DNA of 64,000 bases, taken from positions 8,856 to 72,855 of the forward strand of contig BTVJ01000036.1 in the NCBI GenBank assembly GCA_045863395.1, in the 5' to 3' direction. The first letter of the stretch is position 1; each line of letters begins with the position of its first letter. The notes under the pieces were generated by a model. The model searched no databases. It worked only from the letters and a program-made list of their open reading frames with translations, and was not told the origin of the DNA. The position numbers and the translations under genes were made by a program. This stretch comes from Myxococcales bacterium (GTDB taxonomy: Bacteria > Myxococcota_A > UBA9042 > JABWCM01 > BTVJ01). Below, piece after piece: positions 26,650 to 36,900 of this stretch.

Positions 26650-27975
26650 CTAGGCGCTCGCGCGAAGGACCACGGGGGCGGGGCGGATGTCGGCGCCCGG
26701 GGCGCAGAGGACGCGGTCGCGCCCCTCGCGCTTCGCCTTGTAGAGGGCCTCGTCGGCGACGCGCACCAGCGCGTCGAGGGTGGTCCCGTGGGTGGTGTCG
26801 GCGACACCGAAGCTGGCGGTGACGGTGGGGACGCCGGCGCGGGCGGTCGCCGCGGGCAGCTCGGCACGGGCCCGCTCCATGACGGCCGCACCCTCTGCGG
26901 CATCGACCCCAACCACGACGATCACGAACTCCTCGCCACCGAAGCGGGCGACGATGTCGTCGGGGCGCATGGAGGCCTTGAGGGACCGCGCAAGCGTCTG
27001 AAGGGTCCGATCACCCACGCTGTGCCCGAAGGTGTCGTTGAGCTTCTTGAAGTGGTCGATGTCGGCCATGGCCACGGCGAATGGCTGGCCCGCCTTGAGC
27101 AGGGTGTCGACGCGGCTCTCCAGGCTGCGGCGGTTGTAGAGGCCAGTCAGCGGATCCGTGGTCGCCGCGCGCTCGGATGCCTCCATGGCCCGCAGCACAC
27201 CAAGGCGGCTCCCGGTATGGGCCGCGATCATGGTCAGGTCGTGCAGGGTCTGAGAGGGCGGCGGCTGGCCATCATCTCCCGTCGCGTGGATGACGCCAAC
27301 GGTGCGCCCCCCGATGCTCACCGGAACGCAGCCCGCCGACCGCGCCTCGCCCTGGCGCTCCGCCAGGAAGGGGCACGCGTCCAGGGCGCTGGCGCTCGGG
27401 AACGTCTGGGGGCTTCCCTGGCGCGTGGCGGGGCACAGTCTGGGGCTTCCCACCTCGCAGCGCGATCCGGGGGCGTCGCACGCCGACCCCGACGCCACGG
27501 CGCGCCGCAGGTGGGCCTGGGACGAGTCGGCCAGCAGAAGCTCGACGGCGTACCCACCCGAGACCTGCTCCATGGCCCGCTGGGCGATGCGCAGCGTGCG
27601 GGGCTCGTCGTCGGCCATCTCGAAGGCCCGCCGGAGCTGGGCCTCGATGCCCTGCTGGTGCGAGCGCTTCTCCAGCTCGGCGGTCCGCTCCAGCAGTTGG
27701 CAGTGTTGAACCGCGAACCGGCGAGCCAGGGGGCCGGCGATCAGGACCCGGCCCGCGAGCCCGACGACGATCACCAGGAACCCGGTGTCGAAGGCGACCT
27801 GGTGCCACCAGGGCCTGTCTGCCAGGTGCAGCTCGATGAGCAGCATGGCGAGGAGCTCCGTGGCCGCCGTGAGGGTCAACAGCAGCGCAAACGCGATCTG
27901 CAGGGTGCGCCAGAGGCGCTTCGGGTCGGTGAGGGCGACGTCATGTGGCGTCACACCGCTGCTCATCCCAGACAT
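26650..27975 (-). CDS. Membrane-anchored GAF-GGDEF diguanylate cyclase
   Basis: Two TMs, GAF-like region, TDPLTGLYNRR, DIDHFKKLNDTFGHSVGD, RPDD I-site and ARFGGEEF. Confidence 0.93.
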   Translation of the reverse strand: MSGMSSGVTPHDVALTDPKRLWRTLQIAFALLLTLTAATELLAMLLIELHLADRPWWHQVAFDTGFLVIVVGLAGRVLIAGPLARRFAVQHCQLLERTAELEKRSHQQGIEAQLRRAFEMADDEPRTLRIAQRAMEQVSGGYAVELLLADSSQAHLRRAVASGSACDAPGSRCEVGSPRLCPATRQGSPQTFPSASALDACPFLAERQGEARSAGCVPVSIGGRTVGVIHATGDDGQPPPSQTLHDLTMIAAHTGSRLGVLRAMEASERAATTDPLTGLYNRRSLESRVDTLLKAGQPFAVAMADIDHFKKLNDTFGHSVGDRTLQTLARSLKASMRPDDIVARFGGEEFVIVVVGVDAAEGAAVMERARAELPAATARAGVPTVTASFGVADTTHGTTLDALVRVADEALYKAKREGRDRVLCAPGADIRPAPVVLRASA

Positions 27976-28170
27976 CGAGGTCCTCCACTCGTCGTGCGCG
28001 AACCCCTTGGATCCGCGCCGGCCGCCTCCACTGGCTCACTGCTCGCGCCGGACCATCGGATGAACTGCCCGATCCCTTGACGTTTTTCTTGGTGTGCACC
28101 GACGGAGGCCTCCAGGTGGGCCCGCCATGGCCTCGCCCGGGCAGGACGCTGCGCGTGACCACGGGGCGGA

Positions 28171-28240
28171 GGGGGTCAGCGCAGGGGGTGACGCGGGGGT
28201 CAGGTGACGCGGGGGTCAGGTATACTCACATCTCATATCT
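28171..28240. repeat. Short tandem/palindromic repeat (16-bp unit GGTGACGCGGGGGTCA x2 plus partial copies) followed by an AT-rich tail
   Basis: Exact units at 28187-28202 and 28203-28218, partial GGGGGTCA at 28171-28178, then TATACTCACATCTCATATCT. Confidence 0.6.
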
Positions 28241-28266
28241 TCCGGCGCCCCCCGTGGCGCCGCCCC

Positions 28267-28665
28267 TCAGCCCTTGCGGAAGCGCAGGGACAGGGAGTTG
28301 ACGCAGTAGCGGAGGCCCGTGGGGCGGGGCCCATCGTGGAACACGTGGCCAAGGTGGCTGCCGCAGCGGGCGCAGGTGATCTCGGTACGGATCATGCCGT
28401 GGCTCAGGTCGCGTTGCTCGCCAATCGCGCCTCCCTCGACGGGGGAGTGGAAGCTGGGCCACCCGCTCCCCGAGTCGTACTTCGCCGACGAGTCGAACAG
28501 CGCCTCCCCACAGGCTCCGCAGAGGTAGGTCCCCTCATCCTTGGTGGCGAGGAGCTCCCCCGTGAAGGGGCGCTCCGTCCCTCGCTCCCGCAGGACGCGG
28601 TAGCGCTCTGCACCGAGTTCTGCCAGCCACTGCTCCTCGGACTTCCTGACCCCGTCGTCGCTCAT
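28267..28665 (-). CDS. msrB: Peptide-methionine (R)-S-oxide reductase
   Basis: [50 protein letters not shown]. Confidence 0.97.
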   Translation of the reverse strand: MSDDGVRKSEEQWLAELGAERYRVLRERGTERPFTGELLATKDEGTYLCGACGEALFDSSAKYDSGSGWPSFHSPVEGGAIGEQRDLSHGMIRTEITCARCGSHLGHVFHDGPRPTGLRYCVNSLSLRFRKG

Positions 28666-28716
28666 GCGCTCACCTCCGATGCGGCAGGGTACGGATCAGG
28701 TGCCCGCAGTCCAGGC

Positions 28717-31035
28717 TCACCGCCGCGCGAGCACGTGGATGGGCCCGATGTGGACGCGCCCCTCGTCGTCACTGCCGGCCCCGCGCGGCGGGATGCGCTC
28801 GCCGTCCCCCTCCTTGTCCCACAGCCCGAACACGACCTCGTAGACGCCCGGGGGGAGGTCCGCGGGAATCCGCACCCAAGACCGGTCCCGCACGAAGTCC
28901 CCCGGCCTCCAGGCCGACACGGGCCACGCGCCGGCGACGGGCTCGTGGTCCAGGTTGATGTGGCGGTCCCCGCCCACGAGGTGCATGAACAGCGCCCAAC
29001 CGGGCCCCGCCTGAGCCAACACCTCGAAGTCCACGATGACCTGGACCGAGTCGCCCGGCTCGATCACCCGCGGCTCGACGCTCCACCCCCGCAGCCGCAC
29101 CGCGTCACCAAACCGGACGTCCGCCGCCGTGTCCACTGGCCCGGCCCCCCGCGTGACGAAGCGCTCGAGCAGCCGCTGCCGCTGCGCCTCATAGAGGCCC
29201 AGGGACCGCGCCTGCCAGTCGAGCATCGCAGCCCTGGCCTCGGAGAGCTCCCCTTCGCTGACCTCCGCCGCCAGGTCCACGGTCTGCCCCGGGTCGGTGG
29301 CCACGTCGTAGACCTCCATGGGCCGGCGGTCGAAGTGGTGGATGTAGGTGCGACCACCCCGCCGCATCCCGAGGCAGTAGGCCTCGTAGTGACACGCGAA
29401 GTACAGCGCCTCGTGCCCCGGCGAGGAGAGCAGGCTCCGCCCGGTCAGCGGCCCCGCCTCCACCCGCATCCCAAGGAGCTCCAGCACCGTCGGCACCACG
29501 TCCACGTTCTGCCGCAGCCCCTCGACGACTGTCCCCGGCTCGACGCCCGGTCCGGCGAGCACGAGCGGGACGCGGAGCCCCTCTTCGTAGAGGACCGCGT
29601 CGTGCTGGTAGCGCCCATGCTCGCCGAAGCCCTCCCCGTGATCCCCGATGACCACGAAGATCGTGTCATCGGCCAGGCCCCTGCGTTCCAGGCCCTCGAC
29701 CACCTTGCCCAGGAACCGGTCCACGTACCGGACCGTGTCCAGGTACCGGTCCAGCTCGGCGTTGCCGGTCCCCCAGCGGCGCCGGGCGAAGCCGGCCGGG
29801 ACGGTGTACTCGTGGTGTGGCACCACCGTCGCCAGCGTCAGCAGGAAGGGCCCGCCCTGGCGCTCCGCCCAGCCGAGGGCCGGCTCGACGAGCACGTCGT
29901 CCTCGTAGCCGAAGTAGGAGCACCGGTCGAACCCTTCGGTCAACAGCGACTCCGGGCCCTTGTAGGTGGAGAAGCCGAAGCTGCGCGCGAGCAGATCGCC
30001 CCGCTCGTAGGCCTCGTCCACCGACTGGAACAAGGCCGTCGCCCACCCGCGCTCACCGAGCAGCGCGGGCAGGCACTCCACCGGCATCGCGTCCGGGAGC
30101 GCCTCATCGTTGGCCACCACCACCTTGGGCGGGATCCCGCAGAGCAGCGGCACCAGGGACTTGGTCGTGTGCGGGATAGTGGTGTAGGCCTCGCGCACGA
30201 GCGCGCCGCGGGCGGCGAGGCGGGCGAGGTTGGGGGTCGTGTCGAGCGTTGGCGCATAGGGAGTCGTGGATTGGGCGCGAGTGGACTCCAGCACGACGAT
30301 GACCACGTTGTGCCGCGGGGCCCCGTCCGCCACCGCCAGCCGAAGGGGCTCCACCGGCTCGACGCGCGGGGTGACGAGCGCACCCGCGCCGAACAGCCCC
30401 TGGAACACGTTGGCGACGGCCGGCGGGCGGAGCGGCTCCAGAGGGCCGGGGAGCCGGCCCCCGAGGGCCAGGAGACTGGTAGACAGGAGCAACAACGAAA
30501 CCCCTGCGACGATCCGACGGATGCGCGAAGGTCCCGACGACGCCGATTGTCCCAGACGAGCCCGCACGACCGGCAACACCCCCACGCCGATCGGTGCCAT
30601 GATCAGGCAGGCGGCGAGGCCCATGGCCACCCACGCCCAGGTCGGAGTGGAGGCGAGCAGGACGGGACGCAGCTCCTCGAAGTGGGTCAGCCCGTGGCGC
30701 AACAAGCGGCCATCGAAGAGCGCCCCCGTGGTGACGAAGAAGCCGTGCTCGGCGACCGCAAGCACCGTCGCCCCACCCAGCACGAGCCCGACCCCAGCGA
30801 GGGCCAGCCACCGCCAGGCGCCCCGTGCGGCGTGGAGGAGCAGCAGGGACCCGAGACCGAGCGCGGCGAGCAGGACGACGTCCGACGAGACCGCCACGAG
30901 GCTGTACCAGCCCAGCCCCCTCCCGAGCACGGCCACCTTGTGCAGCTTGCAGCCGACGAGCACAAATGCCAGCGGCACCCACGCGGTCCCGACTGCCAGG
31001 AGCGTTCCACTCGTGGGAAGGGAGACTGCACCCAT
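28717..31035 (-). CDS. LTA-synthase/sulfatase-family membrane enzyme with a C-terminal Ig-like (Wzt-C-like) domain; start uncertain (31035, 31095 or 31164)
   Basis: About 5 N-terminal TMs; NVVIVVLESTR, TTIPHTTKSL (Thr nucleophile position), PHHEY and GDHGEGFGEH; C-terminal FGDAVRLRGW..WRPGDFVRD..PPGVYEVVFGLW. Confidence 0.85.
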   Translation of the reverse strand: MGAVSLPTSGTLLAVGTAWVPLAFVLVGCKLHKVAVLGRGLGWYSLVAVSSDVVLLAALGLGSLLLLHAARGAWRWLALAGVGLVLGGATVLAVAEHGFFVTTGALFDGRLLRHGLTHFEELRPVLLASTPTWAWVAMGLAACLIMAPIGVGVLPVVRARLGQSASSGPSRIRRIVAGVSLLLLSTSLLALGGRLPGPLEPLRPPAVANVFQGLFGAGALVTPRVEPVEPLRLAVADGAPRHNVVIVVLESTRAQSTTPYAPTLDTTPNLARLAARGALVREAYTTIPHTTKSLVPLLCGIPPKVVVANDEALPDAMPVECLPALLGERGWATALFQSVDEAYERGDLLARSFGFSTYKGPESLLTEGFDRCSYFGYEDDVLVEPALGWAERQGGPFLLTLATVVPHHEYTVPAGFARRRWGTGNAELDRYLDTVRYVDRFLGKVVEGLERRGLADDTIFVVIGDHGEGFGEHGRYQHDAVLYEEGLRVPLVLAGPGVEPGTVVEGLRQNVDVVPTVLELLGMRVEAGPLTGRSLLSSPGHEALYFACHYEAYCLGMRRGGRTYIHHFDRRPMEVYDVATDPGQTVDLAAEVSEGELSEARAAMLDWQARSLGLYEAQRQRLLERFVTRGAGPVDTAADVRFGDAVRLRGWSVEPRVIEPGDSVQVIVDFEVLAQAGPGWALFMHLVGGDRHINLDHEPVAGAWPVSAWRPGDFVRDRSWVRIPADLPPGVYEVVFGLWDKEGDGERIPPRGAGSDDEGRVHIGPIHVLARR

Positions 31036-31309
31036 CCACCGAGAGATCGCCCCACCAAGTGGCCCACGCGAGAGACTCCCAGCCCGACCGCTCATGTACA
31101 CCCATGGGTCCGCGGCGCGAGACCGCGAGTAACGGAGGGACGGACGGCTCGACCCGAGCTGCAACGCTACGCCAGTCGGAGCCGGCAGTCCAGTAGTGCT
31201 CGACGGCGCGTTCTCGCTCGATTGAGCCCTGGCGCGTCACCAAGACACTCCGCAAACGCTGGCGCCGCGCCCCGGCTTCGTGTCATCCTTGCGCGGCCTC
31301 GGAGGGACC

Positions 31310-33730
31310 ATGAACGCTCAGCGGAGACTCCTCACGCTCGCGCTGCTCGCCGCAGCGGCGTGCGCCCCGGACGAAGATCCCACGGATTGGGGCACCCGGG
31401 AGGGCCCCCTCGCGGCATACTGCACGGCCAACGTCACGGGCAAGGGCGCGAAGGAGGTCGAGGGCGACTACCTCGCCCACGTGATCACCTGCGAGAACGG
31501 GGGCGCCCCGTTCGAGGCGCTGAAGGCTCAGGCGGTCGCGGCGCGGAGCTACCTCTACTACAAGCTCTCGACGTCGGGCGCCATCGGAGACGGGCAGAAC
31601 GATCAGGTCTACACCTGCAACGCCCAGCCCGCTGCCCACCACTACAAGGCCGTGGAAGAGACGGCGGGCCAGGTCCTCCGCTACCAGGGCACCCAGGTCG
31701 CCGCGTTCTATGTGGCGGGGGCCAAGCCCTCGGCCGGCGACTGCGTGGCGAAGGGCGGCGACCCGGACCCCTACACCACCGAGAAGTGGGTGACCTACAA
31801 CTGGGGCAAGTCCGGTGGCGGCGTCACCCAGACACCGCTCGGCTGGGTCAACCAGGGGAACAAGGCCAACCGCGGCTGCAAGAGCCAGAACGGCGCCCGG
31901 TGCCTGGCCGACCACGGCTGGGGCTACGTGGACATCCTCAAGTTCTACTATGGCATGGACATCGAGCTGGTCACGGCAGAGGGAGCCTGCGTGGGCGAAG
32001 CCCCACCACCACCGCCTCCACCACCGCCCCCCCCACCGCCCTATGAGCCCACTTGGCGGCACGTGGCGCAGCGCCCCGACGGATCGGGCTTCACCCTGGA
32101 CGGCACCGGCGCCCTCCACCCCTTCGGAGGCGCTCCACCGATCACCGACGGACCATCCTGGAAGGAGCAGGACGTCGCCCGCTCCTTTGCGCTGCGCCCC
32201 GACGGCCAGAGCGGCTGGGTCCTGGACCTCTACGGCGGCCTCCACCCCTTTGGCGGCGCCCCGGAGGCCGGCGCGACCTGGTACGACACGAGCGGAGACA
32301 AGGCGCGCGCCCTGGCGCTCGTCGACGACGCCGGCTGGGTCCTCGACGGCTTCGGCAACCTCCACCCCTTCGGCGGCGCCCCGACGGTGAGCGCGCAGAC
32401 GTTCAGTGTGGACATCGCCCGCGACGTGGTCGTGAGCCGCGACGGCGCCTCCGGGTGGGTGCTGGACGGCTGGGGAGCCACCCACCCCTTCGGCGGCGCG
32501 CCGCCGCTCCCGGCAGGCCCCGATCTCGGCGGTCAGGACCTCGCCCGAGCGCTGCTCTTGAGCTTCGACGAGCAGTCCGGGTGGATCCTGACCTCGGACG
32601 GCGCCCTCCACCCCTTCGGCGGCGCGCTCCCCATCGTCCAAGGCCCCTCCTGGCCCGGCACGACCTTCGCGGCCAGCGCGGCGCTCGGACGAGACGCGGT
32701 CAGCGGCATCGTGCTCGACAGGGACGGCGGCATCTCCCCCTTCGCCGCCGAGCCGGGCGCGCGGGCGCTGCTCCTCCGTGACGACGGGGCCAGTGGCTGG
32801 ATCGTGCATGCGACGGGGCGCCTCGACCCCTTCGGCTCGGCCCCCGAGGCAGGCCTCCCGCCTCCCTTCGCGCAGACCGCCGAGGCGCGGGACGGCGGGC
32901 TCCTCCCGGGCCACGACGCAGGCTGGGTGCTCGGCCGCTCCGGCGCGCTCCTCCCCTTCGGTGGGGCCCCGTCCCTGCTGGACGGCCCGCTCTTCGGCGA
33001 CGCCAACGTCGCGCGGCGCCTGCTGCTCCGCAAGGACGGCGCCTCGGGTTGGATGCTCCTCGGCACAGGGGCTCTCGCCCCGTTCGGCGGTGCGCCAGAC
33101 TGCCAGCCCGCCCCCCTCTGGACGGCCGACGTGGCTCGCGACGCGGCCGTCCTGCCCGGCGATCTCTCCGGCTACGTCCTGGACGCCGCCGGCGGCCTCT
33201 CACCGTTCGGAGGCGCGCCCCCTGCCCCCCTCGCGGCCCCGCCCGGCGTGCCCGCGCGGGCCATGGCCCTGCGCGACGGAGGCGGCTACGTGCTGTTCGG
33301 CGACGGTCGTGTGCTCCCCTTCGGCGGCGCGCCGCCCGTGTCGGCCGCCCCCTCCTGGCCCGGGTGGGACGTGGCGGTGGACCTGGCGCTCCTGCCGACC
33401 GGTGGCGGGTGGGTCGCCGACGTGTACGGCGAGCTCCACCTCTTCGTGACCAGTGAGCCCGGGGCCCCTCCCCCGCCGCCCACCGGAGAGCCCGACGCAG
33501 GCGCTTGGGCTCCTCCACCCGGCGACGAGGACGCCAAGAGCTTCGTCGTCGGGTCGACGGGGCCCGGGGAGAGCCTGGCGCCCGATGCCGTCGGCCAGCA
33601 GCCCACCGCGACCTACGCATCGTCGGCCGACGGGGGGTGCAGCGGCTCACGGGGTCCCTCGTCATGGCTCGCCCTCTGCCTTGCTCTCGGTCTCCTCGTC
33701 CGCTCCCGCCGCACCCCCACCAAGAGCTGA
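31310..33730 (+). CDS. Lipoprotein with a SpoIID/LytB lytic transglycosylase domain, propeller-like repeats and a MYXO-CTERM-like tail
   Basis: YLAHVITCE..FEALKAQAVAARSY..DQVY; SQNGARCLADHGWGYVDILKFYY; about a dozen GWxLDxxGxLHPFGGAP repeats; C-terminal GGCS..WLALCLALGLLVRSRR. Confidence 0.82.
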   Translation: MNAQRRLLTLALLAAAACAPDEDPTDWGTREGPLAAYCTANVTGKGAKEVEGDYLAHVITCENGGAPFEALKAQAVAARSYLYYKLSTSGAIGDGQNDQVYTCNAQPAAHHYKAVEETAGQVLRYQGTQVAAFYVAGAKPSAGDCVAKGGDPDPYTTEKWVTYNWGKSGGGVTQTPLGWVNQGNKANRGCKSQNGARCLADHGWGYVDILKFYYGMDIELVTAEGACVGEAPPPPPPPPPPPPPYEPTWRHVAQRPDGSGFTLDGTGALHPFGGAPPITDGPSWKEQDVARSFALRPDGQSGWVLDLYGGLHPFGGAPEAGATWYDTSGDKARALALVDDAGWVLDGFGNLHPFGGAPTVSAQTFSVDIARDVVVSRDGASGWVLDGWGATHPFGGAPPLPAGPDLGGQDLARALLLSFDEQSGWILTSDGALHPFGGALPIVQGPSWPGTTFAASAALGRDAVSGIVLDRDGGISPFAAEPGARALLLRDDGASGWIVHATGRLDPFGSAPEAGLPPPFAQTAEARDGGLLPGHDAGWVLGRSGALLPFGGAPSLLDGPLFGDANVARRLLLRKDGASGWMLLGTGALAPFGGAPDCQPAPLWTADVARDAAVLPGDLSGYVLDAAGGLSPFGGAPPAPLAAPPGVPARAMALRDGGGYVLFGDGRVLPFGGAPPVSAAPSWPGWDVAVDLALLPTGGGWVADVYGELHLFVTSEPGAPPPPPTGEPDAGAWAPPPGDEDAKSFVVGSTGPGESLAPDAVGQQPTATYASSADGGCSGSRGPSSWLALCLALGLLVRSRRTPTKS

Positions 33731-33921
33731 GTCCCCCTCGACTGCCCAGATGCCAACCCCTGCGCCCGGGACGACCGCGAGCTCGCGAAGAGCCGGCGCC
33801 ACCACCCCGTGGAGCCCTGCGCCTGCAATCCAAACGACGGCCGCCAACAGGAGCCGGGTGTCTGGGGGGTGGGGGAAGACGAACCCCCTCCGTGCGAGCG
33901 TTGGCGCACCACGGTCTGGTG

Positions 33922-36900
33922 TCAGCGCCGCGTACCCGCCTCGATCAACGTTCCGGTAGACTCCAACAGCGTGTCGCGCACCGGGTCAGCAGCACCCCGC
34001 AGCGTGCTCCGCAGATCGGCCGCGGTCAGACGGAGGGTGCTCACGCTGTCGGCGGGGATGCGCACCGTACCGAGGAGGTCCTGGGTGACTCCGCCGCCGG
34101 CCGTCCGCACCAGGTCGGCCGCAGGGCGATACGCGGTGCCGACCACGTCCTGCGCGTCCACGAAGGCGGTCTGGAGCAGGTCGCGCGTGTCGAGCCGTTG
34201 GGTGCGGAGGATGTCCTGCGTCCTCCCGGCGGCCGCGTCGATGGCCTCGGAGACCGTGTTCGGGTCGCGGAGACCGGAGCCCTTGACCCAGCTCTCGACC
34301 TCCTCCACCGCCGCCGCGAAGAACTCGTCGATCTCGGCATCCTTGTACTCGTCGAGGATGAGCCCGTAGGTGTTCTCGTACTTGCGCGCGACGTCCAGCA
34401 CCTTCCGCTCGAAGCCGATCACTTTCGGATCTGCCACGTCGAGTCCGCCCTTGAGGATGCTGCGCGCGTAGCCCGGCGGGAGGATCACGGTCTGGATCTG
34501 CGCCGCGATCTCGTTCGCCGTCACCATCGCCGCCTTCTGCACGAGGCCCTGCTGCGCAAACTCGATACCCCCTGCGAAGAGGTTGTAGTACGCCGTGGGG
34601 TTGGACTGTTTGACCAGCGCCCGGGCCCGCCGCAGGAACCGCCGCTCCAGATTGCGCGCGAGCTCCGCACGCCGGCTCGCCTGCCGGAGCGCCGCCACCG
34701 GCGCTGGGGCGTCGAGCTGTCCGGCGCCGCGAATCCCCAGGAAGGACCCGCCGGCACTCACCAGGGTCGCGCCGACGCTCATCCAGGACAGGCTCCCCGT
34801 CTGGAGATACTCCCTGCGCAGCGAGATCACGTCACCGGCGAGCTGGCCCAGGATGGAACCGATGGAGTTCGGCGCCGCAACGAAGATGGGCAGCGTGATG
34901 ATGATGGCGATGAGGTCGAAGGACTTCTTGTTCTCTTGAATCACGTCCCCAAAGGTCGTCTGCGCGTGCCAGAAGTCGCCGAGCCAGTCCTGGTGGAAGT
35001 CCTTCTCGAAGCCGAGACCCGCCGTATACGAGGTTCCATCGAAGGGCTGCAGCTCCGACGTGGGTGAGACCCAGCGAAAGACGCGCTGCGTGTCGGCGAT
35101 GTAGGGCTGCGGCTTGGCGTTGGTCAGCAGCAGGTTGGTGCCCCGCGGCACGATCTGCCCGCTCTCCCGATCGAGAAAGCCGACGAACCCCAGATCGAGG
35201 TCCTGGATGGGCACTGCCTCGACACCGTAGGCCGCCGTGAAGTATGGCATATCCCCGTCGGGCGTCCGCACGAACCGTGACGTCCCGCTGAGCAGCAGCT
35301 TGCCCTTGGTGTCGAGTGTCTCCCCTTCGAACTTGTACACGTACTCCTGGATCAGGTCATCGCCCAGGTATACGAATCGCCGCGGGCGCTCCGAACGCAG
35401 CGTGGATGGCGCATCGTAGGTCTCGAGCACCCGGCGGTCGAGCGCGTCGTACTGCAGCCGCCGCCGGCTCGCCACGCAGGTCCCGAAGTTGCAGTTCTTC
35501 CCGATGATTGACTTGTCGTCGGTCGTGATCAGCCGGTCAAACAGATCGTAAGTGTGGCGATCCCGGTCGCCGATGTCGGCCCCAGACAGAGTGACTCCCT
35601 CGCGCAGGCGGCCGGACGGCGTGTGCAGATAGGCCCAGAAGCTGCGGTTCTTGGGCGGCACCGTGTTGAACCCGATGGTGGTGTCCGTCGCCTCCGGCGG
35701 ACTGCTGACGACGCTGCCCAGGAAGTTCATCTCGTCGCCCTGCAACGTGCACTTCGTGCCCAGCGGGTCGGACTCGTTGACCCTGCACATCATCAGGTGC
35801 CGCACGTGACAGACCCGCTCCTCCACGCCCTGCTCGGCGCACAGCGTCGAGGCCGCGGACTCGTCTCTGTAGGTGAACCGCACATGGGTGAGCTCCTGCA
35901 GCTTCTTCGGGAGGGTCGGGTCCCAGCTCACGGTCAGGTGCTCTCGCCGCCGGGCCCCATCATACGTCGTGAGGCCGAGCAGGAGCTGTGCCTTTCCGGT
36001 CGCTGCGCCATAGGTGGTGGTCAGCGTGCGGCGGGTGAGGCCCAGGCCGTCCGTGTCGTTGAGCAGGTAGCTGCTCGGCAGGGGCCGCGCCTGGAAGGTC
36101 GTGTAGGAGAACAACCCACCCAGGTTCGTCGCCGGATTGTAGAGGGCGGGGTCCACGTGGCTCTTTCCGATCAAGACCTGTGGCAGCAGCGCCACGTCTC
36201 CCACCGGCTTCAGATCGTTCTGGAAGGCCCGGTTCGTGGTGATCACCGGGTCTCCTCGCAGGAAGACGCGGCGGCTCTCGTAGAACGGGAGCACCTCGCT
36301 GTCCTGGAAGTGCTGCACGAGATACGGGGCGCCGATGTCGTCGTAGCCATAGACCGACCGAATCGCCCCCGCAGCCAGGATCGTAGCCTTCTTGCTGGCG
36401 ATTCGATCCCCCGAGTACTTCCAATCTATGAAGGAGGTCCCCAGATCGACGCGGGTGAGCCGGTCGAGCGCGTCGTGCTCCCAATAGGACAGCTCCGGCG
36501 AGTCCGCCGCATCCCAGTACAGCGCGGTCCGGTTGCCCCTGGCGTCGACCCGCGAGCGGGTCACGACCGTCGCGAGGCGACGCTGCTCCAGCTCAGCGGC
36601 GGTCAGGTTGCCCACGTCGCCCTTGTGGAGCGTGTGGCGCTCCTCGAGGACCGACCCGCCAGAGTCGTGGAACCAGCGGACGGTGGTGTATGCCAGGGCA
36701 CCCTCCCGCTCCTGGGCGCCGGTCATCGCGCCCAGGGCGTCGTAGCGGTAGATCTTGGCGGCCGACTGACCCGCCTCCGCATAGGCAGACGGCGCGTCGC
36801 CCGGCGCCCATGGGGCCGTAGCCTCGACCCGCGTCGCTCGCCCCAGCGTGTCCCAGGTGGTCGTGCGGACGATCCCCGTCGGGCTGGTCTCTGACAGGAG

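Noticed and set aside
28053..28080. Sigma28-like promoter (TCAAG..TCCGATGG, minus strand) upstream of the diguanylate cyclase
   Set aside because: Imperfect match and spacing, and no evidence for FliA or flagellar genes in the window.
33855..33890. G-rich/C-rich hairpin between the convergent SpoIID and RHS genes as a REP element or terminator
   Set aside because: Single imperfect copy with no U-tract; too weak to call.
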